Source: Heteronotia binoei
Lineage: Eukaryota
Assembly (NCBI RefSeq): GCF_032191835.1
Contig: NC_083238.1
Span: 27,156,001-27,220,000, forward strand
Reading direction: 5' to 3'
DNA length: 64,000 bases
A program made the position numbers and the translations under genes. Every line of letters starts with the position of its first letter. Position 1 is the stretch's first letter. Under the pieces are notes generated by a model. It was given only the letters and a program-made list of their open reading frames with translations. It did no database searches and had not been told where the DNA came from. Positions 1-13,063 of the stretch are shown here, one piece after another.

Positions 1-2021
1 ACTATTAAAATAATATCTCCCCTTCTTTATCATCATCAAAGAATGCCTGAAGTTTCCTTAGGAAAGCTGTGGTAAAGCACACTGTTTAAACATATTAGAA
101 ACCACAATACATACTAAAACAGGAAAAAGGCCCTAAATCAATTGCTGCAGCATATACATCTTTGTAGCAATTTGTTTCTATTTCAAAAATTACTTCTCAA
201 AGCTTCCTTGTATAATTTTTTTTTAAAAAAGCTTTTCAGTGCTTCCAGAATTGTGCCAATGTGGGAATCCTTATCTTGGAGAGACTGTACTGGGAAATGG
301 TTGTTGTGACTGAGGAGAAACATGCTTGAACTGTGGCAGATCTAATAGATTCAAGGCTGGATTATTCAGGAGAAAGTCCCAAGAATACACACCTTTACCT
401 GGAAACCAGCCCCTGTAGTTTCAGTGGAACTTTTTTTTTTATTATTCAGACAACACACTTTCTACCTGGGAACCAATTTTCCAAACACACAGAGACAGTT
501 CAAAAAATGTAACATTTGCTTTGGTTCAGAGATTTAATAGCGAATGAACAAACTCGGATTATAATCCCTCATGGAATTTGATTGAATCAGTCGTGTGAGA
601 TTCCCTTTTGAAGGTTGAAATTACATTTTCCCAAACTGCAAGAGGTCAGAAATGTCTGCTGCAGTTTTAAATTGACAGAAACAGTTTGATATAGAAGATG
701 GCCACATTAAAGACAGAAAAACACAAAACAGTAATAATGCAGCTGGGAGAAAAAATATTTCATTCAGTTATATAATTTGAGTAATCCGAGATATTTTTAA
801 AAAATAAATTTAAAACAGTAATTGTACAATTTTAAAAATGGGAATGCAATTGTTTCCACTACCTAGAATCCTCGTCAGAAAGAATGCCTACAGCTTTTGT
901 CTTTTAACTATCAAATAAGCGATGATATTTTGTAATAGGGCACAAGTACGTGTGATTCACCATCTGCTTACATCATTCCCCATGTAAAGAGAACTACTTA
1001 GCAATGCAGCCATTTAACTGATGTTATACATTACATGGTAATAACATTGTACAAGGCTAGAGAATGCTATGATCAATACTACTTTTATTCACTATGGTAC
1101 TCATATCTGTCTACTGTTATTCACATTGTGCTCCATTCATTCCTCTTAATAGCATTGGGACAAAAGTTCAAAGTTTGGATGGTGTATTTTTTTTTGTCAT
1201 TGATACAATACTTTTTTCCCTTCTCCAAAATAGGTTTTTATTGCATTTCAACTATGTCTCTTTCTTTTTTAAAAAAAAATCGTATTTCACTACTTATTCA
1301 AGGAGGACATGTATGTGTACCATGCAAGAATAAAAAGTAGTTTGGAAATGCACAGTTAGCTGTGCAAATGCATTGGCAAAAGAGAATGCAAAAGAATTGC
1401 TCTTGCTCCAGAACTAATATGCTGCTTCCTTTTTTGAAACAATAGACATTTTATAGTACCTCGACACTAATGTGTGTTTTCATGTCGATGGGGCAAAAAA
1501 AAAAAAAAGGGTTTGATATGATTTTGCCTAAGTGTGCTTATTTCTATCTGCATCAGACATGAAAATACTTTGTTCGGCTTTTGGTTGGTTTGGCCATCTT
1601 TGTTGGGGAAACTATGTGCAATTCATGGTGCTCTCGATAGGACTTGATTTGAATAACTAACCTGCCACGTTCCATGTAAATAATAACAGGTTTCAGAATG
1701 TTCTTCCTGTGGCTTAGTTTAGTCACAAAATCCGTTCAAAATTGTGACTCCTTGTATGAATATTTTAAAATACTTGCATTGTGGTTAAAGCCTGTGCAAC
1801 CTTGTTCTTATGATCTCAAATGAAATTGGCATTACTTATTTATATCAGTCAGTCACAGTCACAGAACCTTTATTGGCATAACTACTTATATCCATTAGCA
1901 GTTTAGCTCTAAATTCTGGAGTTCTTAAATATATGCAGAGCATTTTGGAATGCATTCAATACATCCAGCGCTGTAACAGTACACTGTCGATTAATAGCTG
2001 TATGTGGGGCTTTATTTGCAG

Positions 2022-2142
2022 AAGCTAAATGCATCTAGTTCATCTGAAGGCAGCACTGTTGATGTCGGAGCTCCCCCAATAGGAGAACAACCAGAAGCTG
2101 AACCGGAAGAATCTCAAGAACCGGAAGCCTGCTTTACAGAAG
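2022..2142 (+). CDS. SCN2A: Nav alpha subunit exon (121 bp), DII-DIII linker [14 protein letters not shown]...EPEACFTE
   Basis: ttgcag acceptor, AG|gtaagt donor; translation closely matches human Nav1.2 [18 protein letters not shown]...EPEACFTE; not in ORF track; upstream exons lie outside the window. Confidence 0.95.
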
Positions 2143-2277
2143 GTAAGTATTGGAAGCAGGGGATTTTGCAGCTATTATAATAAGAATCAAGTCCATTCGC
2201 ACCTTTAAGACCAACAAGATTTCCAGGAAACCAAAGCTCGCTTTGTTCTATTGCTTCAGACCAATATGACCACCCAC

Positions 2278-3149
2278 TAGAGTTGCCAAGTCCAATTCAA
2301 GAAATATCTGGGGACCTTGGGGGTGGAGTCAGGAGACTTCGGGCGTGGAGCCAGGAGACATTGGGATGGAGCCAGGAGCAAGGGTGTATAAGTATAATTG
2401 AACTCCAAGGGAGTTCTGGCCATCACATTTAAAGGGACAACACACCTATTTAAAAGTGTTCCTTCCATCGGAAATAATGAAGGATAGGGGCACCTTCTTT
2501 TGGGGCTCATAGAATTGGACCCCTCTGTTCCAATCATTTTGAAACTTGGGGAGCATTTTGGAGAGAGGCACTAGATGCTATACTGAAAATTTGGTGCATC
2601 TACCTCAAAAAACAACCCCCCCCCCGAGCCCCTGATACCCACAGATCAATTCCCCATTATTCCCTATGGGAATCGTTCTCCGTAGGGAATAATAGAGTGC
2701 CCAGTAGACATTTCCTCCCCTCCTCCTGCTTTCTGATGACCTTAAAGGGGGGGGGGGGCTCCAAATCTGGAGATTGGCAACTCTCTCTCTTTCACACACA
2801 CACACACACACTTACTGGGTCTGGTTCCTCCACAACAACATCTGAAAAGAACAGGGATTATGCTGCGCTCTCTCTCATACACACTCTTACTTCCTCTGAA
2901 ACCAAAGCAAAACAAACAGAGTGACTGTGCTGCTGACCCTTCCCCATGAAGTACTTCCTGCTCAACTTTAAAGGCACACAAACACACACACATTTTGAAC
3001 CGGGACCTGTTTGCAGGTTTCTAAACCTACCCAAGATCTAGAGGTGCATGGTGGCTGTGGGGGTGGGGTCCCCCCCCCCCAGCCAGCTGGTGGGGGAAGT
3101 CTGTAAAACTGGGAGATCCCTTGCTGGGACCTGGGGATTGGGAAGCCTA
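2278..3149. mobile_element. Non-autonomous hAT (TAGGGTTGCC-type TIR), composite copy
   Basis: TAGAGTTGCC...GGGAAGCCTA ends; flanks CCACCCAC/CCATCCAC (7/8 TSD). Confidence 0.75.
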
Positions 3150-4738
3150 CCATCCACCCATATCAACCTGGAAATCTTGTTAGTATTTAAAGTGTTACTG
3201 GACTTGAACTTTGCTCTTCTTCTACAGATCAACCTGGCTACCAATAGCATATAAATTGTGATTATCTAAAATACATTAAATTAAACATTTGCTGCTGTGG
3301 AAATTATTTTAAAGTAATTCAAACAGAGGCATATAGTTGGATCCCATGGATGGATCCATTCCACTAATAGTGGTGCTTTCTACCAGTGCAAGAAGTAACC
3401 TTCCTCTGCTATAAGAGAATCTTCAGGCAGCAGAAATTCTTTTTGCATCAAGAGGTTTTTTGCACTCGGGGAATGTGCCAATGTTAGTGGAACTAATCTG
3501 GAGATTCTAGTCCATATATATTTTAAGCACTGTAGCAGAGTTTGTAGTCCTTTTTGGATTTTATTTCTCGTTCATTTCACAAGCTGGAATGAATAGAAAT
3601 CTAGTAAAATTCTCACTGTAAAAATAAATCCAAGTTTATTACCCAAAGTTGGATTTTCCATAATGCAGATGTACTTTGTTTATATTACCACACATGTTTC
3701 AGGAACATTCCTCTGGAGACAACTATTTTGGGGGGAAACTGGCCCTCAGTCCCCCACATCTCCATAGGGATACCTTATCCTACCGAGACAGAATTGTGAA
3801 TAGAACATTTTATTCAAGGTGGCATTCATGCAGCACAAACAAGAAGAACTTTAAAATAATATAAATGCATCAGGACCTGGAACAAATCAGATCCATTTGG
3901 AGCACATTTCATGGTCTGTAGACTAAGCCAATGTGGGACAAGCTGAAGGACTGTGCATGACTGAGATGGCATATCTTTTCCCCATAAAGAATTGTGCTAC
4001 ACATGAATCCTCATTTATTTAGAAGAGAAGGAAAGGTTTTTATACTCTGCTTTTCTCTACCTAAAGTTAGAATGGTTTACAAATCACATCCCTTTCCTTT
4101 TCCTGTAACAGGCACCTTTTGGGGGTAAGTGGGGCTAAGAGAGTTGAGAGAATTGTGACGCACCCAAAGTCATCCAGCAGGCTTCATGTGGAAGAGTAGG
4201 GAATCAAACCTGGTTCTCCAGATTAGAGTCTACCACTAGCATATCAGTTTAGATATTCATGCCCCACTTTCCCGTACCCAAACAACCTTAGTATCATTCT
4301 CTCCTTTGTCTTTCATTTTGTCCTGTGAGGTAGATTAGGCTGAGAGAAAGAGTGTCTGGCCCCAGAAAACACAACACATTTCCGTGGTAGAGTAGAGATT
4401 CAAACCTGAGTCCCCCAGGCCAGATCCCAGTCCTAACTGTTGTACCACACTGGCTCTTCATTGTGAGAGTTGTAAAAATATGAAGTGGTTTTTTTTCCCC
4501 TAAAAAAAAAATCTATCTTGCTCTATACTTTGTTTTGTTTGGCATTCCCTCAGTTTTGTTTTGTTTGACATTCCCTCCCTGCCCAGTGTTTTCATCGTTT
4601 TTTATGTCTTTGTGTATATCTTGCCCTAGTTTTAATTGTTTTAATGATGGTGGTTTTGGTTGGTTTAAATTATTTCTTGGCCCTCGTGATGGCAGGCAGG
4701 CTACATTTTGTAAAAGGAATAAGATAAACTAACCGTAG

Positions 4739-4975
<237 letters not shown>

Positions 4976-5374
4976 TGAAACATGGAATAATGATTAGTTT
5001 CGAACATGTTGCTTAACATGGGGAAGTGACATAGGAAGCAATCCATCACATACAATTGCCCAAACTGAAGATGTATACATTTTCCATGCATCCAACCTAC
5101 CCACATATTTTGGTCATCACTCATTCTAGAGCTGTACAAAAGCATTTGAAGGTTTACACCTAAATTTTGACAAAATAATACTGCATATATTTTCTTATAG
5201 TATGGGAGCAGGGATAAAATGCTTCTCAAAGCAGATTGGGTTAAAGTCAAAAGTTTCAAACCTCATTGGTAGATCAGTAAGAGAACAAGGAGGGAGAAAA
5301 CTGGGGGTGTTACTTCTTTGATGTTTATGGCCCAAATGGAATAACAATGTTAGGTTATATTGCATGGTTAGGTT

Positions 5375-5732
5375 ATAATGCATGGGATGGAGAAAGTAGA
5401 GAAAGAAGTACTTTTCTCCCTTTCTCACAATACAAGAACTCGTGGGCATTCGATGAAATTGCTGAGCAGCCAGGTTAAAATGGATAAAAGGAAGTACTTC
5501 TTCACCCAAAGGGTGATTAACATGTGGAATTCACTGCCACAGGAGGTGGTGGCGGCCACAAGTATAGCCACCTTCAAGAAGGGTTTAGATAAATATATGG
5601 AGCACAGGTCCATCAGTGGCTATTAGCCACAGTGTATGTGTGTATATAAATTTTTTTGCCACTGTGTGACACAGAGTGTTGGACTTGATGGGCCGTTGGC
5701 CTGATCCAACATGGCTTCTCTTATGTTCTTAT
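5375..5732 (+). mobile_element. CR1 LINE 3' fragment
   Basis: ORF2 C-terminus (RTRGHSMKL...RVINMWNSLP) and TTATGTTC tail; near-identical to 37367-37712. Confidence 0.92.
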
Positions 5733-5912
5733 ATTGTCACCATTTGTTTGGATTGAATTCTAGGAAATTTGTTTATAGCAATTCCTAGAGCTACCTGTCA
5801 TCACTTCTGGGTTTTCTTTGGATGTGACATTGCAGTGTAGATGCAAATTCAGTCCAAACACCATTTGTTTGGATTGAATTCTAGGGGAAAAACAAAGTGA
5901 GGGAAATAAATT

Positions 5913-6243
5913 GAGAGCCAATTTGGTGCAGTGGTTAAGATCAGCAGACTCTAGTCTGGAGACAGGGTTTGATTCCCCACTTGTCCACCACATGCAGCTG
6001 CTGGATGTTCTTGGGTTAGCCAAAGTTCTCACAGAGCTGTTCTCTCAAGAGTAGTTCTCTGAGAGCTCTCTCAGCCCCACCTACCTCACAGGGTGTCTGT
6101 TGTGGAAGGGAAGGAGATTGTAAACTGCTCTGAAACTCCTAAGTGAAGGGTGGGGTATAAATCACATATCTTCCTCCTCTTCCTCCTCCTCTTCCACCAC
6201 CACCACCTCTTCCTCCTCCTCCTCCTCCTCCACTTCTTCTTCT
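5913..6243 (+). mobile_element. tRNA-head MIR/CORE-related SINE (Squam3-like) with (TCC)n tail
   Basis: A box TGGTGCAGTGG, B-box-like GGTTTGATTCCC, CCTACCTCACAGGG core. Confidence 0.8.
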
Positions 6244-6522
6244 ACCAAGATTGGAGACTGATGAGTTGATCTTCCTAACTGATGGATAAGCCCTGTTAGT
6301 GTCTGTGGGATGCTGAATGTAATTAACTGAGGTACTATGATGTTGCAGTTGAGGCGGTGGGGGGAGTGAAGTTGCTCACATAGTCCTTCTGGGAGATCAG
6401 TGAAGGGATCCCAACTGTGTACTTAAGCACTGATCTGAGATCATGGTCATGGGATAAAAGCATTCTTTGAGCTTAACTCCTAGAACAAATTGCCCTCTTC
6501 CCCCCCCCCAAAAAAACCTGGC

Positions 6523-6608
6523 CCTGCATGTATTGCAGTAAATGGGGAAGTCCTGCATGTATTGCAGTAGATGGGAAAGTCACTAATATTGCAGTAAATG
6601 GGGAAGTC
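6523..6608. repeat. Three tandem ~29-bp units
   Basis: CCTGCATGTATTGCAGTAAATGGGGAAGT x2 plus a partial third unit. Confidence 0.85.
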
Positions 6609-7024
6609 TTTGAATATGCATCAGAATTCTCAAGTGGGTAACTAAATTTTGGGTCAGACTGATTGTCAGTGGTCAGCAGAAATTTGCTAGGCCTTTTCTA
6701 GAAGAAACCATTCTGAAACAAATGTATATAAAATGTAATCCAGTTCTTGCTATCAGCTAAGGCGCATTTTAGAGAGGGGGAGTGGCATGAGGGGAAATCA
6801 AAGGATTTTTTTGCTCTAGAAAGGGAAATGTAAGTATTTCTAACAAGGAAGTGCTACATATATTTATGGTTTGGGACCAACATAATTTACAAACTGTCTA
6901 ATCCCATACAAAAATATCCAACTGTTTCAGTCTTCCTAGAATCATAGAGTTGGAAGGGACCTCTAGGCCAACCCCCTGCACAATGTAGGAACTTCACAAA
7001 TACCTCCTCCCACACACTCTGAGA

Positions 7025-7365
7025 TCCTGTGTCAGGTGCCCCCACTCTCTGAGGCTAGATAGGTGGTAACCTGAGGGAGAGATGTCTTGGTGCCAGACGT
7101 ATGGAACTTCCTCCCCAGGGACTGCTCTTTTCAATCACTGTCTTCTCCCAAGGGGGAAGACTTGTGTGTGTGTGGCATTCCCTCAATGATCCTTCCTTCC
7201 TGCCTTATTTTTAATTTGCCATAATTTGTTTTATGTATGTTCTCTTAGCTCTGGTTTTTAATTGGTTGTAGGAAGCATTTTTCATTACGCTGTTTGAATC
7301 TTTAGTCACCTTGGTGGACTTCATTGGGCAGAGAAGCAGGGCATAAACATTGTAAATATATAAGC
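7025..7365 (+). mobile_element. Decayed L2-like 3' fragment
   Basis: Similarity to the 3' end of the 19985-21730 element class; AT-rich tail. Confidence 0.45.
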
Positions 7366-7376
7366 GAACAAAATAA

Positions 7377-7607
<231 letters not shown>

Positions 7608-8197
7608 TAAAACTATTATTGTTTCTTTCCCAAAAATTATGAGATGAATTGTTAACCTGTTGCTTTCAGAAAGGAAGTGCTTGAGAGTAATTTGGTCCAA
7701 AATTCCATAACAGGATGCTTCAGTGGGAACAGAAGTAGAATATTTACCGTAACTGCTTGTATAAACCACAGATCTAGAAAATACATGGTAGATTTCAGTA
7801 GTGCAGTGATTTGGCTTGGGCCATGCTTCTGCATTGGGGGTTACAGTTGTGGCAACAGAATAACTGCCTTGAATGTACTTACTTTGGGGAGTGCGGTATA
7901 GAAATACATTAATGTAAGTACTACAAAAACTGGGATCAGTTGGCCATACCAACCTAAACTGTATATGCTGACAATTTAATTAAGAAAATAATCAAGGATG
8001 ATGAAGTTTCCATTTAGCTGGACAAAGATAGCATAGCCCTTGTGGGGAGTGGGTCTGCCGGTTTTGACAAAATTTTGAAATCTGCAACAAAGATGTAGAT
8101 TCCTAAATAGGACACAAAACTATGCTTCTAGCCTGTGTCTCTAGGTGGTAAGGGGTCCTGACAGTCTACAGTCCTTACTGAAAGAGACATTCCTTGC

Positions 8198-8545
8198 TAG
8201 GGTTGCCGGCAATATGGTGACATCACCAGTGATGTGTTGATGTCACTTCCAGCCATGCTGGGATGCTGAATATCACCCTCCCCATTTCCCTCCCATTTTT
8301 CTCCCTCCTCTCAGTTGAGTGGCAGCTGAAAGGGCCTGCTCGAAGCAGGGGATTCTCCCACTTACAGTGGAAACTGGGCAGGCCAATTCTAGAGCATCCC
8401 TGTGCAACATGACTGGCACGATGACATCACTTCCAGGTGATGTCATTGCACTGGACACATCAAGCACTGGCTGGTTCTGTGCTGATGGGCTGGAGGCCCC
8501 GAAGTTGGGGGAAACCCTGCCCCCAGCGGGAGGCTGAGAACCCTA
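8198..8545. mobile_element. Related TAGGGTTGCC-ended hAT derivative (relatives at ~30465-30920, 44750-44815, 49065-49330, 53609-53830, 56461-56685)
   Basis: Shared TIR motif and internal similarity among copies; TSDs degraded. Confidence 0.6.
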
Positions 8546-9529
8546 ATCCTTTAAAAGAATTAATTTAGAGCATCCAGCAGATGTTCTCTTGCTTAATTCA
8601 TTTTAAAGGATCAGCTATGAACTGGGCATAACGGTAGTTCATCAATCACTAACTTCTTCCATTTATGGTGTCAACGGTGGCATTAGGAATTCTGAGCTGT
8701 TCTGCCATTTCCTATCCATGGCTGTTGAGCATAACATTGTTAACACTTCTAAGAATGGAACAAATAACTATAATGGACATGCAAAATGTTGTATTTGAAA
8801 CAGCTGAATTATGATCACTCACAGTATATCCCTTACACCAAGTCATTACTGCAGTTTCTATAGAATGCCAAGCCACTTGGAATAGCATGCACTTCTGCTT
8901 TCTTTGAATTACTTGTGTGTGAATTACTATATATATAAATTAAGAGCTCAAAATTATCCTGAGAAACAAATGGCAAGCATTGTAAGCATGGTTTGGCACC
9001 TCCCTTAATCAGCATCAGACAGACTGGCTTTGAGGGAACAGCTTGCCAGAAGTCAGAAACAAATTTTGGCTTTGCAGAAACATAGTCAAGGTGTTGAGGA
9101 ATGATTGGACTCCTTGCCTCCCAGTGTCCCTTTAAAGGGATTCCTGCTGGCCAGCTGATTAACAATGGCTGGCTCTTTGATGGCCACCATCTAGCAATCA
9201 GCTGCAGTGTGGCTTTATTTCAGGGGCCGGGAGGCATGGAAAATGACAAAGCCTGACCAAGGAGCTGTGAGCTGCTCATGATCTTGCGTAACCGTTGCCT
9301 CACTTCTTCAGGGCTTCAAATAGGAAGAGGCCACAGATTCTGTACCAAGTTTTATAAATCCCTGTAAAAAGGGGAAAGCTGAGGATGGCAGACCAGCTCT
9401 TGTTCCCAAGCATCAGGGGAGAGGTGCCAGGGAAACAAGGAAGAGGGGAATGACGAAACCCCAGTTCCTCCTTTGAGTACTGAGGGAGGGCACAGAGTGA
9501 GACTTGAGTCGCCATGGCAACCTCTAGAG

Positions 9530-9938
9530 CAGGGGTGTCAAACATAAGACCTGGTGGGCTGGAACTGGCCCATCCAGGGCTCTTATGTGGCCTGTGATCA
9601 ACCGATGCAAAGGAGGGAGTACAAAGGAGGGGGGAAGAGGGCAGAGCTTCAGCACAGCAGAACCTCATTGGCTGCAGTCAAGTATTATAAGAGCATCTGC
9701 CCAGCACTTCACTGCTGCTTCTCCAGTTTGCATATGTGGATTTTCCTCTGCACCCCACTCCCAGCTCATGGGCCCTTGCAGTGAGGAAACACCAACTCGG
9801 AGCATACCAGCTGCTGTCCTTTATACAGTGTCTCTCTTCGGTACGTGGCATTATGTTTTATGGCACACATGGCCCAGCCCCACCAAGTGACATTTATGTC
9901 AGATCAGGCACTCATAACAAATGAGTCTGACACCTCTG
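9530..9938. mobile_element. Non-autonomous hAT-Charlie-type element
   Basis: CAGGGGTGTCAAAC...TCTGACACCTCTG; TSD CTCTAGAG/CCCTAGAG. Confidence 0.85.
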
Positions 9939-10783
9939 CCCTAGAGTACCCCTTGCCCCACTAAATATAAGACACTATTTTTTTTAAAAAAAATCCTGAA
10001 TGTGTAGCATTGCTTAGCTGTAGATAAAGGTAGTCCCCTGTGCAAGCACTGACCCATGGGGTGATGTCACATCATGACGTTTTCTTGAATTATTACCTAA
10101 GTCCTATTTTGGGGCATAGGGGTATTTACTTAAGTTGATAGAGAACTAGACCATTTTCTCTTGCAATATGCCTCAAAGGGGGTGGAGCATGTTGTTCCTT
10201 AGGGGGAGGTGCCTGTGTCCACAGCTACTTGACTTGGTTATTACTGATGAGAGAGGAGTTTGACGTTTGCATTCTGCGCGTGGGAACAAACGTAACACTA
10301 TAAATATAAGGATAACAACACATGCTCCTTTGCTCCCAGTTTCATTTGAGGAGCTCACCAGTCTCTTCTGGACGTGATGTTGCTCCAGCAGCAAAAAAAA
10401 AAAAAAGAGGGACAATATGTGGGTGGGTCTGGCTATGATTGGTGGCATGCCCTGAAAACTTGGTAGTTACATGGACATGTTCACAAAGGATTGATGCTAT
10501 GCTTGTGATGCCTTGCATTTAAGATAATTTGCTCAAATTTTCCAGCTGGGCTTAATTTCTACTAGGGATATACATTTTCAACTTCTCTTTTACAAAAATA
10601 ATATATTTTCTATATTATACCAGGTATTATCAGGATATGCCCTTTCATAGACATTTTGTTCAACTGTAATTGACTTGAAAGATTTGTTTGAAGTTACAGA
10701 AAAGTCTTTCTTGAGCACATATACATGGTGTATCTTTTAAAAGTGTGCATACAACAAATGATTTTTCCCCTTTATTTGTATAG

Positions 10784-10933
<150 letters not shown>

Positions 10934-11466
10934 TAAATGCACACATGAAACAAAACCAGTCATACCATTTTCCTGCTGATATATTAAGAATGTGAGTTGT
11001 AAAGTCCCCAGTTTAAATTGCATCTCATCCAAGAATGTAATGAGTGGGTTTTGGTAACAAGACACTGATGGCTGCATTCACACACCGCAAGCAAACCGTG
11101 GTCACTTGCAAACCAGGATTCTAAACTACTTTTCAGTCCTCATTCAGAATCCTAGTTTGTAGGCAAAAGTTAATCAATCAATCAATCAAACAAACAAACA
11201 AACCACAATTTGTTAAAATGCCCATTGCAGACATCATGGCATACTGTAGTTGGTTCTAACCCAGGAAGTCGTTAATGTTGACACAGCACATAAGGGGCAG
11301 AAGGAGGAATCACACAGACCAAGGACTTGCTAAGATCATTCTCTGACCAAATGTGGTAATGTAAATACAGCCATTTTCTAAGTCTCTGTTCACAATCTGA
11401 ATCATGTGGATAACATCACTGGCATACATTTGGGTGTGTTGCAATGAAAATGGAAATAATGTACAT

Positions 11467-11737
11467 GAAGAAGAAGACGACATTGGATTTATATTCCGCC
11501 CTCCACTCAGAATCTCAGAGCGTCTCACAATCTCCTTTACCTTCCTCCCCCACAACAGACACCCTGTGAGGTGGGTGGGGCTAGGAGGACTCTCACAGCA
11601 GCTGCCCTTTCAAGGACAACCTCTGCCAGAGCTATGGCTGATCCAGGGCCATTCCAGCAGGTGCAAGTGGAGGAGTGGGGAATCAAACTGATTCTCCCAG
11701 ATAAGAGTCTGCGCACTTAACCACTATACCAAACCGC
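11467..11737 (-). mobile_element. Squam3-like SINE
   Basis: High identity to 40341-40622. Confidence 0.85.
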
Positions 11738-12164
11738 CAGAAACACACTATATAAATAAGGTTGCCAGCTGGCCAGGTGAACCATATTCTGTCCCTTGAA
11801 TAGAGATGTGCAATTGAAGATTTTCATGTCATGCAGTTAAATAACATCACCTGATGATTGATACAGATCAAGCAGACATTAGACGGACCAGTTTAAAGAT
11901 TGGCAACCCTATAAATCTAGTTTGAATTGCATGTCCTTTTTTTGGGGGGATTTTGCTTTGGATCAGTGCAACTTCTTGCAACATCTAATATTTCATATAG
12001 CTTAGTTTAAAAAAAAAAAAAAGATGTCATGTTGAATTTTAGTGATCCCCTGCTGCTTCTTTACCTCGCAGCTGATACGCAGTTTTTCAATATAACTTTG
12101 CAAATCGTGATATTCATCCTAGAAGCTAGGGCATGTTGGTTTTATCGACTTGGATTTTTAAACA

Positions 12165-12467
12165 CAGAGAGTGATTAAATTGTGGAATTTGCTGCCAGAG
12201 GATGTAGCGATGACAGCTTTAAAAGAGGATTAGATCGTTTCATAGAGAATCAGGGGCTACTTGCCATGGTGACTATGGGGAGCCTCCATGTTCAGAGGCG
12301 CTAATCCTGTGAATCCCAGAGCCAGTAGGCAACATCAGGGGAAAGTCTTGGCTTCTATTCCGTATTGTTGGCCCTCCAGAGGAACTGGCTGGCCAGTGTT
12401 TGAAACAAGATGCTGGACTAGATGGACCTATGCTTTGATCCAGCAGGGCTCTTCTTATGTTCTTATG
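12165..12467 (+). mobile_element. Older CR1 3' fragment (small minus-strand CR1 end also at ~6945-7010)
   Basis: ORF2 end-like sequence and cttcttatgttcttat tail. Confidence 0.75.
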
Positions 12468-12677
12468 CACGTGATTCAAAGGACATGAATATTTTAAAGG
12501 CACATATATAATCAATACAGTAAAAGTGCCCATGACTTTTAGGGCACTTCCTGTTTCTCATGCAAAAAAAAAAAAAAACCCTCTGATTTTTGTTTCTTAA
12601 TCTTGTAGATAACTGACAATCCAATTCCAGACTCTCATTGTTTGGCACTAGCTTTTTCCTCTTTCAAGGCAACTAAT

Positions 12678-12786
12678 CAGGGCTTTTGTGGGTAGAAAAA
12701 GCCCAGCAGGAACTTATTTGCATATTAGGCCACACCCCCTGATACCAAGCCAGCCACAACTATGTTCTTGCTCAAAAAAAGCCCTG
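12678..12786. mobile_element. 109-bp mini hAT (CAGGGCTTTT TIR); relatives at 43383-43552 and 46398-46592
   Basis: Perfect TSD CAACTAAT; TIR CAGGGCTTTT/AAAAGCCCTG. Confidence 0.85.
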
Positions 12787-13063
12787 CAACTAATTATCTT
12801 CAGTTTCTGGGTTGTTATTAGCACATATTGTCTTTTTTGTGCTTTGCTTGTTGAAGGTGTATTCCTAATCCTAACCGTATTGTATGAAGCTGCACAGAGA
12901 GTGAAGGAGGTTGGCAAGTACCCTAGGTGGGCCTCCTCCCAACTTTCCCCTCTAGACTGAAGATATCAGGGGAGGTTGGGGCTATCTTGGTTGGCATCCT
13001 AAAGGCTCTGGTTTGGCAGCAGTCCTTGGTTCAAAGCATAGTGGTTCAAGCCTAAGGCCCTGC

